Below the pieces are notes generated by a model. The model was not told where the DNA came from. It saw only the letters and a program-made list of their open reading frames with translations, and searched no databases. Of a DNA stretch of 64,000 nucleotides, positions 49,918 through 59,724 are shown piece by piece. The translations under genes and the position numbers were made by a program. The DNA is from Candidatus Bathyarchaeia archaeon (GTDB lineage Archaea; Thermoproteota; Bathyarchaeia; 40CM-2-53-6): NCBI GenBank assembly GCA_049517415.1, contig JBEKSC010000002.1, forward strand, positions 1 to 64,000. The letters run 5' to 3'. Every line of letters begins with the position of its first letter. Within the stretch, counting starts at the first letter, position 1.

Positions 49918-50079
49918 GCGGGGATTCCCGAGCCAGGTCAAAGGGGCAGGACCACCCGGCGCGGTGGGGCCACACTTAAGATCAGAACTTGCCTTGGGAG
50001 ATGAGGAGACATCCTGTGGCGTAGAGCCAGCGGATGGGCGCGTAAGCCTTCAGGGGTTCGAATCCCCTTCCCCGCACCA
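49918..50079 (+). tRNA. tRNA-Leu(UAA) with three introns (30/31, 37/38, variable-arm loop)
   Basis: introns 49951-49973, 49981-50010, 50025-50045; spliced CAGGA CTTAAGA TCCTG TGGCGTAGGCCTTC AGGGG TTCGAAT CCCCT TCCCCGC A CCA; 88 nt mature. Confidence 0.9.
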
Positions 50080-50182
50080 ACCACACCAAGTATAACGCAT
50101 GTAAGAACCGTGATGAATGCGAAAAATTGGTTCCGGATACATTTCGATTCACCTTTGAATAAGGATGTTAGTTGCGTGATCA

Positions 50183-50419
50183 TTACCTGATTTTTCGAGT
50201 AAGCAAGAGGCTAAACGAAATAGAAAGCAACAGTATGACTCCGAACATTATCCCAACCAACTTTCCCAATGACAAGACAGTCAACACTAAGACCCCTACG
50301 ATTAATAGAAGAATGATGTTGAACCTGACCCCAACGTTTCTTGACCTGACGATTAGAGCAACCAAACTCACAACCACAAGTAACACAAACAGGTCTACAA
50401 CAAGACTGAGCAAGCTCAT
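50183..50419 (-). CDS. small 3-TM hypothetical protein
   Basis: 78 aa hydrophobic; GGAGG SD upstream. Confidence 0.6.
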   Translation of the reverse strand: MSLLSLVVDLFVLLVVVSLVALIVRSRNVGVRFNIILLLIVGVLVLTVLSLGKLVGIMFGVILLLSISFSLLLTRKIR

Positions 50420-50728
50420 TCAAAACGCCTCCACGAAACGGCCGGCCGAGAGGTAAGGTTCATCCGCGGAAAGAAAAGACCCTCAAGAGAATCGGAAGAC
50501 TTAGAGGCCGTATTCAACCTTTCCAAAGCCAATATTCAGTATCAGTCCAACCTAGGCCTAGCTGATTCTTGAATACAAGTTGATCGGGTAGATAGTTCAA
50601 TCAGCGAATTCACAGAGCAGTCTTGCTCCGCAGGATGATGTCGCGAAGAAAAGTGCGCGGATCTGGTTTACAGGCCACAATGTCTGGGTGAATGAGAAAG
50701 GTTAGGTGTGAAGCTTGGGTTGGTCGTA

Positions 50729-51211
50729 CTAGTACAAAGTAATGTAGTAATATGTTATGACTCGGACGTAGATGTCGCCGAAGAAAAATAGTGGCGGTAC
50801 CCATTGATCAGCTTGGAAAGCGGATGGGGTCACGAATAACCCGGAGACTACCACACTCGACCCAGCTAAGCTCGCTGGAATTTGCATTTTGCCTGAAACC
50901 ATCAACCGGTAGTTGCGCCCGTTAACTTGAACGTAGAAAATCTGCGTCACCGGAGTGGAACAAGGATCGACTGCCACACTGCATACTGGTGCCAAAGTCA
51001 ACACCTTCAGCTTTCCTAGCACAGTCACGTTCTCATGCATTGGTTGGATTCCCCCCCCCACTCCGACAGATGGTGGAGGCGCGGCGAAGATTTGAGGTTC
51101 AACCATCGAATTGGTGCGAACCACAGAATTGTAGGAGTAAACGGCGGCCATTACCAGGAAAGCAACCGCGACAAGCGCTATGATGGAGTTTACGTGCTTT
51201 CGATTTTTCAC
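50729..51211 (-). CDS. hypothetical exported protein
   Basis: N-terminal TM, Cys pair, beta-rich OB-like C-terminus. Confidence 0.6.
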   Translation of the reverse strand: MKNRKHVNSIIALVAVAFLVMAAVYSYNSVVRTNSMVEPQIFAAPPPSVGVGGGIQPMHENVTVLGKLKVLTLAPVCSVAVDPCSTPVTQIFYVQVNGRNYRLMVSGKMQIPASLAGSSVVVSGLFVTPSAFQADQWVPPLFFFGDIYVRVITYYYITLY

Positions 51212-51599
51212 AACGACCAGCCGCTAGAGTGAAATCTACGAGCGTAACAAGCTCGGAAACCTAAAGGAACTCTTGACTAAACTTATCAAATCTCAAAACC
51301 CCGCCGTATTCAAATTGATAATAACTAGCTACCTTATCTAGGAAAGTGCGACAGAATAAACTGCAACCTAATAGAACGATCTAATGGGGAAAGGGGTAAT
51401 TCTACCTGTCTAGGATTAAATCCCAGTTCCCATTGCGTCAAGATGAGCCTCCCGAACACTCCCCCCACGGGTTCTCCCCTCAGGCCTCGCAAGCCGCTAG
51501 GTTTAACGAACTGGCGTATGCCCTGGCATTTTGCAATAGACTGTTGGCTTATTATACGACTGTCCCAAGCCTTCCTTAGCGCACGGAAGTGAAAATCTG

Positions 51600-52754
51600 T
51601 TGGCGAAGAAGTTTAAACGGATTGACACCAAACTCATCCATGCTGGCGAACCCGAACCACGCATCATGGGCGCGGTTAGCATCCCGATATTTCAGTCGGC
51701 AATGTTTGAATATTCTGGCGAGACGAGCTACCACGACCTCAAATATATTCGCTTGAACAACACCCCAAACCATACGGCGCTCCACGAAAAGTTGGCAGCC
51801 CTCGAAAACGCTGAAGCCGCATTGGTCACAGCCAGCGGGATGGCCGCCATCTCAACAACCTTACTGTCGTTTCTCTCCACAGGCGACCATTTGCTTGCCC
51901 AAAACTGCCTGTATGGAGGAACTCACGATTTTGTAACGAAGGATTTTCGCACATTCGGCATATCTTACGATTTCATTGACGCTAACGACTCAGAGTCATG
52001 GAAGGAAAAGCTGCGGCCCAATACCAGGGCAATTTACGTAGAAACGATAACAAACCCTATGATGCAGGTTGCCGACCACAAGGCGGTCGTCAAATTTGCT
52101 AAAGCTAATGGGCTAGTGACAATAATCGACAACACCTTCGCGAGCCCGATCAACTTCCGTCCCTCAGAATGGGGCTTCGACCTATCACTGCACAGTTGTA
52201 CAAAGTATCTGAACGGCCATTCCGATATTGTGGCCGGCGCGATCATAGGCCGCGCAGGAATGGTTGAGAAAGTGAAGCATAGGCTTGACCACTTGGGTGG
52301 TTCGCTCGACCCTCACGCCTGTTTTCTACTCCATAGGGGAATCAAAACGCTTGGAGTTAGGGTCAGGTACCAGAACGAGAGCGCAATTAAGATCGCAAAA
52401 TTCCTGCATGAACATCCGGCCGTCGAGAAAGTCAATTACCCAGGCCTCGACACACACCCGCAGTACTCGAGAGCAAGAGAACTCTTTGACGGCTTCGGGG
52501 GCATGTTAAGCTTCGAACTAAAGGGCGGAGTTGCAGCAGCCCGCCGCTTCATGGATCACACGACGCTACCAATAATAGCGCCAAGCCTTGGCGGCGTAGA
52601 AACTTTACTCACGCTACCAGCCACTACATCACACTCCGGAATGTCCCCAGAAGATCGCAAGGCACTTGGAATCTCCGACGGGCTCATTCGCTTGTCAGTT
52701 GGAATAGAAGCAACCGAAGACATAATCGAAGATTTCCAACAAGCCTTAGCGTAA
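51600..52754 (+). CDS. PLP-dependent cystathionine/methionine gamma-lyase family
   Basis: ASGMAAI, DNTFASP, HSCTKYLNGHSD, SLGGVETL, IRLSVGIE. Confidence 0.93.
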   Translation: MAKKFKRIDTKLIHAGEPEPRIMGAVSIPIFQSAMFEYSGETSYHDLKYIRLNNTPNHTALHEKLAALENAEAALVTASGMAAISTTLLSFLSTGDHLLAQNCLYGGTHDFVTKDFRTFGISYDFIDANDSESWKEKLRPNTRAIYVETITNPMMQVADHKAVVKFAKANGLVTIIDNTFASPINFRPSEWGFDLSLHSCTKYLNGHSDIVAGAIIGRAGMVEKVKHRLDHLGGSLDPHACFLLHRGIKTLGVRVRYQNESAIKIAKFLHEHPAVEKVNYPGLDTHPQYSRARELFDGFGGMLSFELKGGVAAARRFMDHTTLPIIAPSLGGVETLLTLPATTSHSGMSPEDRKALGISDGLIRLSVGIEATEDIIEDFQQALA

Positions 52755-53086
52755 TAGCTCATTGACCGGGCCCACATCGGTCAAGCGAGCAAAACAGAGA
52801 GTTTCCACAGGTAAGAGATCACAAGAGTCCGTTCAAGCGAGGCAATTTGCACCAACGCTTTCGCCATCCGCACAGAACTAAGTATTAGCGGACCAAGGTG
52901 AACTTGATACCTTCGACTCTTGAAGGGATCTAGAGCGTAAGTTCGCAAAGCTCGAATCGAGGCGTGTCCTGTGCTCCCAATCGGACTTGCGCTGTACGGA
53001 GCCACCTTCTGTCCTAATGCGGAATAATGTGTAAATATGAATTCAACTACGACGCGTAGTTCAAATCCTAAGGATATGATACTGCC

Positions 53087-54310
53087 TTGAAAGGTGGAAA
53101 GACTGTCACACAAAAGACCGCAGTAGTTCTAATTATCTCAGTTGTGGTTTTGGCATCAATTTCGACGTACTCAAGCTTGGCGCTCAGGGCGGAGGCAACT
53201 CGAATCACGCAACTGCAAACTCTGGCGTCTGATCTGGAAAGCAGAAACACCGTGTTGGAAAACGCCCTGTCGTCACAGCCTCAGCCTGCCGGAAATGCAT
53301 CGTTCGGCCTCAATGCAGTTGCGATCTATGATATCTCGAATCAAAGCGTGGTGACCGTTCAGAGCACCCAAGTCTCTGTTGTTCAGACCATCTTTGGACC
53401 ACAAACCGGAATATCGAGTGTCCTCGGCTCCGGTTTCGTGGTGGACTATTCAAATGCTTACTACATTGTGACTAACTTTCATGTGATCGATAGCGCGGTT
53501 AACTCGACTGTAACCTTCTGGGACGGCGACTCCTACCCAGCGAAGGTCATAGGTTCCTATCCTTACAGCGATATTGCAGTGATTATAACTCCAGCTCCCG
53601 AAAGCGATTTCCATCCCCTCAAACTCCCCCCATCAGCATCTCTTAGAGTGGGGCAAACAGTGATGGCAATCGGTAACCCGTTTGGACTCTCAGGTTCCAT
53701 CACGATTGGAATAGTAAGCCAGTTGGGAAGAAATATACAGTACCAGTCTGCCAGTCAAGTGCTCTCAATATCTGACGTTATCCAGTTTAGTGCCCCGATA
53801 AACCCTGGAAATTCTGGAGGACCACTCTTGAACGCTGGCGGAATGGTGGTCGGAATCACAACCGCCACAGCAAGTGGTTCGCAAGGTGTTGGGTTCGCGA
53901 TACCATCCGACACCATACTAAGAGAGCTACCTTCCATCATAAGCAGCGGCGGGTACCGTAATCATCCGGACCTAGGAATTCAAGCAGCTGACATGAACTA
54001 CGAACTCTCACAAGTTACTGGGGCAAACGTGACTAACGGCGTATTGATTGAAAAGACCGTTTCGGGAGGACCCGCGGACCAAGCAGGGCTACGAGGTGGC
54101 CAGCAAATTACAACAATCGCTGGCCAGCAGTACATTATCGGCGGTGACGTCATAGTTTCCGTAAACGGAAATAGAATAGTAAGTTATGATGCGCTATCAA
54201 CCTATCTAGAGAGGTACATCCTCCCGGGACAGATAATCCGGGTGGGCATAATTAGATCCGGAAACTACCAAGAAGTAGAGGTCACCGTCGGCGCAGCGTC
54301 CGACCCATAG
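53087..54310 (+). CDS. membrane-anchored HtrA-like serine protease
   Basis: N-terminal TM and coiled coil, VTNFHV, INPGNSGG, PDZ. Confidence 0.9.
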   Translation: MKGGKTVTQKTAVVLIISVVVLASISTYSSLALRAEATRITQLQTLASDLESRNTVLENALSSQPQPAGNASFGLNAVAIYDISNQSVVTVQSTQVSVVQTIFGPQTGISSVLGSGFVVDYSNAYYIVTNFHVIDSAVNSTVTFWDGDSYPAKVIGSYPYSDIAVIITPAPESDFHPLKLPPSASLRVGQTVMAIGNPFGLSGSITIGIVSQLGRNIQYQSASQVLSISDVIQFSAPINPGNSGGPLLNAGGMVVGITTATASGSQGVGFAIPSDTILRELPSIISSGGYRNHPDLGIQAADMNYELSQVTGANVTNGVLIEKTVSGGPADQAGLRGGQQITTIAGQQYIIGGDVIVSVNGNRIVSYDALSTYLERYILPGQIIRVGIIRSGNYQEVEVTVGAASDP

Positions 54311-54322
54311 AGGAGGAAAGGT

Positions 54323-54475
54323 TTGACGAGGAAGGCAACTGAAACCAGCAGGTCGAAAACTGCTCTCGTGACAGGTGCGTCCAGTGGAATCGGTCTGGAA
54401 CTCACGAAGTTATTCGCCAAAGACGGCTACAGCCTTGTTCTCGTGTCAAGAGATCATGTTGCCTACATCTTGTAG
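54323..54475 (+). pseudogene. truncated short-chain dehydrogenase (N-terminal 50 aa)
   Basis: [33 protein letters not shown] followed by a stop; AGGAGG SD upstream. Confidence 0.75.
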
Positions 54476-54554
54476 TTCGTATCATCTTTGAAGGAATATA
54501 TAACAAGGCTGGGTGAGTCAACGTCAGATTCCATTAAAGAGATGAAACGGTATC

Positions 54555-54767
54555 TTGAGTCAGAAGAGGGGCGTGTCGGTTCTTGCTTACGTGTTGACCG
54601 CCGTAGGTATATTGGGAATTATTATTTCTCTGGTTATAGAACAATCCGATTACGACACCGTTGCTTTTGGAATCGCCACCATTTCGATGCTGATAGCGAT
54701 AGCAGGCCTCGCCCTTGCGTTCAAACTTCCAGCTGGTACTGACCAGCCGAGAGAAGGCGACCTTTAA
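54555..54767 (+). CDS. small 2-TM hypothetical protein
   Basis: 70 aa, two hydrophobic helices. Confidence 0.55.
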   Translation: MSQKRGVSVLAYVLTAVGILGIIISLVIEQSDYDTVAFGIATISMLIAIAGLALAFKLPAGTDQPREGDL

Positions 54768-54934
54768 GGGAATCCAACAAACGCTCTGTCCTCGTCCCTT
54801 GGACTAAACCAGTCAAGTCAAGGCCATCCCGCACACGCTCAACTGGAGAGTCCATCACTTTTGTAGTGAATAGTTGAGGTTGTGAAGAGTTTTTCTTTGA
54901 GAGGATTGGTTTGGCGTAAGTTCGTGTCAAGATC

Positions 54935-56368
54935 GTGCAGTATCGTTGGATTGTCCTTTCGGTAACGACAGTCGGCATCTTCATGGCCGGTCTTGATACA
55001 CGAATAGTACTGATCGGCCTTCCCACGATAGCTGAATCACTCCAGACAGACCTTGAGACGATGTTATGGGTGACTCAGGGCTACCAAATCGCAATAACTA
55101 TCGGCCTGCTCTTTCTCGGACGATTCACTGACATCTTTGGACGGGTGAAGGTTTACAATCTAGGGTTTGCAATTTTCACCGTCGGTTCAGGCCTTTGCGT
55201 CATTGCTCAAACGGGGGAGCAACTCATAATTTTCCGGGTCATCCAGGGCGTTGGCGCGGCTATGGTGATCACCAACAGCTTCGCCCTGATCACAGACTCC
55301 TCGCCAGCGGCAGAGCTTGGCTTTGCGCTCGGAGTTAACCAAGTAGCGTTCACGCTTGGTGCTATCCTTGGGTTGACAGTGGGCGGTGTCTTGATCGACA
55401 CGGTAGGGTGGAGAAGCATATTCACACTAAACGTTCCCATCGGAATCTTCGGAACTCTTTGGGCTCACTTACGCCTGAAAGAAATTGCCCATACTGAAAA
55501 GCACACTGGCTTTGATTATTCGGGACTATTCCTATTCACGACCTCCTTGACATTGGTACTACTAGTCATCAGCTTACAGACTATGGCCGCAATAGGCTAC
55601 ATCGAAGCCGCGGTCCTTTATCTCGTCAGCATAGTTACCTTTGCACTCTTTCTCTACGTCGAACCGCGCACGGCTGAACCGATTCTGGATATGCGGCTGT
55701 TCAAGATTCGGCTCTTCTCGGCGGGGAATGTTAGTCAATTCTTGTATTCTCTCGGTTTTGGCTCTCTAAGCCTTATCATAATTCTGTACTTTGAACTGAT
55801 CCGTGGATTTGATGCCCTCACGGCCGGGCTTCTCTTTCTCCCTTTAGATGTGGCGTTTGTGAGCATCGCCCCAATAAGCGGGAAACTTTCTGATCGGTAC
55901 GGAACACGCTGGTTGGCCACTTTAGGAATGGCTGTGGGAACCGTTGGTTATGTTGCCCTCGTTTTTCTCAGCGCGACAACCCCGCTAGTACAGATAGAGC
56001 TCATTCTCATTTTGTCTGGCCTTGGTATGGGACTTTTCTCCTCTCCAAACATTAGCGCAGTGATGGGCTCTGTTCCCTCCCAACGGCGTGGGGTTGCTTC
56101 AGGGATTAGAGCAACGGTCTTCAATTCGGGAAGTGTGGTAAGCATCGGCCTCGTAGCGTTCATAATCACGACGGCTATACCTTACCAAGTGGTTTCAGGC
56201 ATAATCACCGGCGGCTACACGACACTTACGCCTGGAGAGGCGTTAGGGTTTGTGAGCGGTATCGGGCGCGCGTTTCTTGTAGCCGCCGCAATCACTTTCG
56301 TAGGAATGTTCGCAGCCAGCCTACGCGGACCTGAAACGAAAACGCATACAGACCTAAGCGCAAAATGA
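54935..56368 (+). CDS. MFS transporter, DHA2 (14-TM) type
   Basis: GRFTDIFGRVK, FRVIQGVG, GWRSIFTLNVPIG. Confidence 0.92.
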   Translation: MQYRWIVLSVTTVGIFMAGLDTRIVLIGLPTIAESLQTDLETMLWVTQGYQIAITIGLLFLGRFTDIFGRVKVYNLGFAIFTVGSGLCVIAQTGEQLIIFRVIQGVGAAMVITNSFALITDSSPAAELGFALGVNQVAFTLGAILGLTVGGVLIDTVGWRSIFTLNVPIGIFGTLWAHLRLKEIAHTEKHTGFDYSGLFLFTTSLTLVLLVISLQTMAAIGYIEAAVLYLVSIVTFALFLYVEPRTAEPILDMRLFKIRLFSAGNVSQFLYSLGFGSLSLIIILYFELIRGFDALTAGLLFLPLDVAFVSIAPISGKLSDRYGTRWLATLGMAVGTVGYVALVFLSATTPLVQIELILILSGLGMGLFSSPNISAVMGSVPSQRRGVASGIRATVFNSGSVVSIGLVAFIITTAIPYQVVSGIITGGYTTLTPGEALGFVSGIGRAFLVAAAITFVGMFAASLRGPETKTHTDLSAK

Positions 56369-56390
56369 AATTGGAACACTCAACCGCGAC

Positions 56391-56912
56391 CTATCCCCAG
56401 TTCTCGCTTATGTCAGCTATCTTTGGGCTTAGAATGGCAACCATATCTCTGGTCCTGACCTCCAGTAGCTTGTTGACATCTCCCCCACCAACTATTGCCG
56501 TTTCCTTCTCGAGAACTTGCGGGTCTAGCAGAATACGAATGATGTTGCTGAAGGGGGGCACACCTCCGGCAGGGTACCCCGAGTGCCTGAGCACTTCTTG
56601 AGGGGTGGCGAGCCGCACATCCCTGACAGCGAGGATGCTCTTGAGTTTCCTGTGGCTGACCTTGCGCTTCGCTGGCACAATTGCGAGTAATGGGTCGCCT
56701 GCTGAGTCGACCATTACGATCGACTTCGCTATTTTCTCCACCTGAACCTTTCTGCCGGCCTGTTCAACCGTCTTCACAGGCTCGCTGAACTCGATGAAGC
56801 GGTGCCACACGTTCTTGGAGCTGAGGACGAGTTCAAGTTTCTCAGAGTAACTCGATCCTGGCGTCTTCTCCCCATGAAAGGCCATTAGAGGAACCCGCTG
56901 CCCGAATCTCAA
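56391..56912 (-). CDS. YbaK/EbsC aminoacyl-tRNA deacylase
   Basis: IAKSIV, GYPAGGVPPF, GGG. Confidence 0.88.
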   Translation of the reverse strand: MRFGQRVPLMAFHGEKTPGSSYSEKLELVLSSKNVWHRFIEFSEPVKTVEQAGRKVQVEKIAKSIVMVDSAGDPLLAIVPAKRKVSHRKLKSILAVRDVRLATPQEVLRHSGYPAGGVPPFSNIIRILLDPQVLEKETAIVGGGDVNKLLEVRTRDMVAILSPKIADISENWG

Positions 56913-57005
56913 CGATTAAAGTAAACGTATTGCCTAAGCAAATTGGGAGAACTCGGAAACCCGTATAGCCAAGTGCATGAACCTTCATATTGTAAAGTGA
57001 ATCAA

Positions 57006-57410
57006 ATGTCGCCTCGCAAGGGGCTAACAGCTGCAGACATTATGACTGAACATGTCGTGACGGGTGGGCCACACGACGGCCTGTGGAGAATCGCTAATGA
57101 GATGCAACGTCACAATATTGGGTCGGTCGTGATCGCGGAGAAGGAAAAGATACTTGGCATCTTGACAGAGAGAGATTTCGTTCGAATAGTCGAACAGGTG
57201 GGGGCTTTGCTTGAGAAAAATCTAGCCATACACCACATGTCCAAGCCCGTTCTTACCGTGCAATCGGATGCCCCGGTCGCGGACGTCATCAAGCTCATGC
57301 GTGACAAACATGTAAGGCATTTGCTCGTGCTAAGCAAAACTGGTGACGTCGCAGGCATAATAAGTTCCCGGGACTTGATGAAAGTCGTAACAGACGTCAT
57401 GTCGGTTTAG
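57006..57410 (+). CDS. CBS domain pair protein
   Basis: GILTERD, VRHLLV, GIISSRDL. Confidence 0.88.
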   Translation: MSPRKGLTAADIMTEHVVTGGPHDGLWRIANEMQRHNIGSVVIAEKEKILGILTERDFVRIVEQVGALLEKNLAIHHMSKPVLTVQSDAPVADVIKLMRDKHVRHLLVLSKTGDVAGIISSRDLMKVVTDVMSV

Positions 57411-57494
57411 AGTTGCGATGGTATGAAAGAATCTCTTTTAGTTGAGATAACTCATTAAGTTCATCTTCGATTCCAGACTGAAATCACGTTTAGG

Positions 57495-57959
57495 TTATGT
57501 GAATTCGGCGACGGTTGGATTGGCTAGCTTGGTGAGGGCTTGCGTACTAATCTTCACGCTCTTCGTGTGCGAGCCAGGGTTGAAGTACACATATTCCTGG
57601 TGCAAGATCGCACTATCAAACAACGTTTCGAGGTTAATGATGCTTCCAAGCGGGTAGACGCAGCCCACTGAGCATTGCGCAATCTCTTCTACTTCCTTCT
57701 TCGGCGCCAAGATGACAGGAGCTGCCTTGGTAACCAGGCCTAACCTGTGGAAGTCGATCTTCTTGTTCCCCGGGAGAACGGCAAGTAAGTAGGTGCCGTC
57801 GCTCTTCTTCACTATCATTGACTTGGCTATGTGGGCTTCATCGGTCTTCAGGAAATTCGCCATCTGAGCGCAGGTGTATACGGGGTCGTGTTCGAAGACC
57901 TCGTATTCTATCCCCTGCGCCTTGAGCACAGACAGGATTTCTTCTTCTACCTCAGTCAT
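57495..57959 (-). CDS. YbaK/ProX-family aminoacyl-tRNA editing protein
   Basis: HDPVYT, IAKSMIV, GCVYPLG, FNPGSHTKS. Confidence 0.88.
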   Translation of the reverse strand: MTEVEEEILSVLKAQGIEYEVFEHDPVYTCAQMANFLKTDEAHIAKSMIVKKSDGTYLLAVLPGNKKIDFHRLGLVTKAAPVILAPKKEVEEIAQCSVGCVYPLGSIINLETLFDSAILHQEYVYFNPGSHTKSVKISTQALTKLANPTVAEFT

Positions 57960-57965
57960 GTAGGC

Positions 57966-59579
57966 CTATTTCACGATCCACCTTGATTGTTCGTGCATGA
58001 ATTGCTGCACGTAATACGGACCTAACCCACTTTTGCCGGTAGACCCGCTGCCTTTCCATCCCCCGAAGGAGTTAACCCCAGGCCATGCACCAGTCGTCGC
58101 GCCAGCGCGCCTATTCGCGTAAGTTACTCCAGCCTGAATCCGGTCGAAGAACGTTTGCATTTCCTTCTTGTCCTTCGTGTAGATCCCAGCGCAGAGGCCG
58201 AACTCGCTTTCGTTCGCAAGTTTCAGGGCTGCATCGAATGATTCTACGCCTGCGACCACAACGAACGGTACGAACAGTTCTTCCTTGAAGAGGCGGTGAG
58301 TTGTAGGTAGGCCGTCAACTATCGCTGGTTCGACGAAGTAGCCACTTGCGTACTCGGCACCCCGTGGTGTGCTGCCTCCGTTGATGAGTTTCGCGCCATC
58401 TCGCTTCGCCTCCTCTACCGCCCGCTGGTATGTTTCGACGGCGGCTTTGTTGATTATTGGTCCCAGGAAGGTATCTTTCCGGGTGGGGTCGCCTACCTTC
58501 ACGTATTTCTGCGTGTAGTCTCTCAGAAGTTCTAAGAACTTGCTCTTGACACGTTGGTCGACGTATACACGGGAGCAGGCGCTGCATTTCTGCCCTCCGA
58601 AACCGAAGGCTGCGCGCATGACCCCTTCCGCAGCTTGATCTAGATCTGCGTTAGCGGTGACTATGGCTGGGTTCTTGCCTCCCATCTCGGCTATGACGGG
58701 TTTAGGGTAGTCCTTTGCGAAGTGGTGGTATACTTGCATTCCAACATCCTTCGAGCCCGTGAAGACAAGCCCATCCACCCCCGGGTTGTTCTGTAATTCG
58801 GCCCCTACTGTTGCACCTGGTCCAGTTACAAAATTGTATACGCCTCGTGGGACGCCGGCGTCAACGAAGGTTCTGCAGAGCTCATAGCCTAGAAGTGGCG
58901 AGTCGCTTGAGGGTTTGAAAACCGCTGTGTTACCCGCGGCTAGGACGCCCGCGGACATGCCCGTGGTCAATGCGATGGGGAAGTTCCAGGGACCGATAAC
59001 GGCCCAGACTCCAAACGGTCGAAGTATGCTCTCTGTCTCTTGTCCTGGTCCCGGCGGTTCAAGTGGCCGCAAGAAGCCTTTGTTAATTTCCATCTGCTCG
59101 CAGTAGTATCGAATCAACTCCGCGGCTTCGTTAACCTCCGCTAACGATTCGGCGCGGTTCTTTCCGACTTCGAAGGCCATCCAAGCTGAGAGCTCAAATC
59201 GCCTTTTAATAATCAAATCAGCGGCTTTGCGTAGGATCGCAATACGGTCCTTGTATGGGGTCGCGGCCCATTTAGGATACGCTTCTCTAGCTGCTGCAAT
59301 TGCAGCTTTCACGTCGTCGCTTGTTCCTTTCGGAAAGTAGCTCACGACGACGCTGGTATCTATGGGGCAAACATGGGCCATCTCCTCACCGGTCGCTGCC
59401 CGTTTCTCTCCATTGATGAAAATCGGGTAGTGGCTGCCAAGCTTCGCTCTCGCTTGTTCAACCGCCTCATCATACGCCTTGTCGTCGTCCGGTGTGACCT
59501 TAAGCGTTGCGTACGTAATCCGAGGTAGTTTCGATGCCGCCTTACTTTTCGTCTTACCCTTCGCTTTCGTACGTCCCAT
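57966..59579 (-). CDS. aldehyde dehydrogenase, 1-pyrroline-5-carboxylate dehydrogenase type
   Basis: PWNFP, AEMGGKN, FGFGGQKCSACSR, FGGWKGSGSTGK. Confidence 0.88.
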   Translation of the reverse strand: MGRTKAKGKTKSKAASKLPRITYATLKVTPDDDKAYDEAVEQARAKLGSHYPIFINGEKRAATGEEMAHVCPIDTSVVVSYFPKGTSDDVKAAIAAAREAYPKWAATPYKDRIAILRKAADLIIKRRFELSAWMAFEVGKNRAESLAEVNEAAELIRYYCEQMEINKGFLRPLEPPGPGQETESILRPFGVWAVIGPWNFPIALTTGMSAGVLAAGNTAVFKPSSDSPLLGYELCRTFVDAGVPRGVYNFVTGPGATVGAELQNNPGVDGLVFTGSKDVGMQVYHHFAKDYPKPVIAEMGGKNPAIVTANADLDQAAEGVMRAAFGFGGQKCSACSRVYVDQRVKSKFLELLRDYTQKYVKVGDPTRKDTFLGPIINKAAVETYQRAVEEAKRDGAKLINGGSTPRGAEYASGYFVEPAIVDGLPTTHRLFKEELFVPFVVVAGVESFDAALKLANESEFGLCAGIYTKDKKEMQTFFDRIQAGVTYANRRAGATTGAWPGVNSFGGWKGSGSTGKSGLGPYYVQQFMHEQSRWIVK

Positions 59580-59724
59580 TCATAATTCCCTCACAACCAT
59601 CTCGCTTCTGATTACTTGAACTTAGCGGGGCCTCTTTCACATTACTGTGTGACGAAGGGGGTATTGCGTGGTCGGCGTTGAGTTTCATTCTCCGCAAAAT
59701 ATAGCCAGTTCCAAGCAGAGTAGA

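Noticed and set aside
51380..51535. Possible SRP or RNase P RNA in a GC-rich intergenic stretch
   Set aside because: No recognisable SRP helix-8 or RNase P conserved motifs on either strand
52781..53113. 110-aa minus-strand ORF
   Set aside because: No recognisable motif, and it overlaps the htrA start and promoter region
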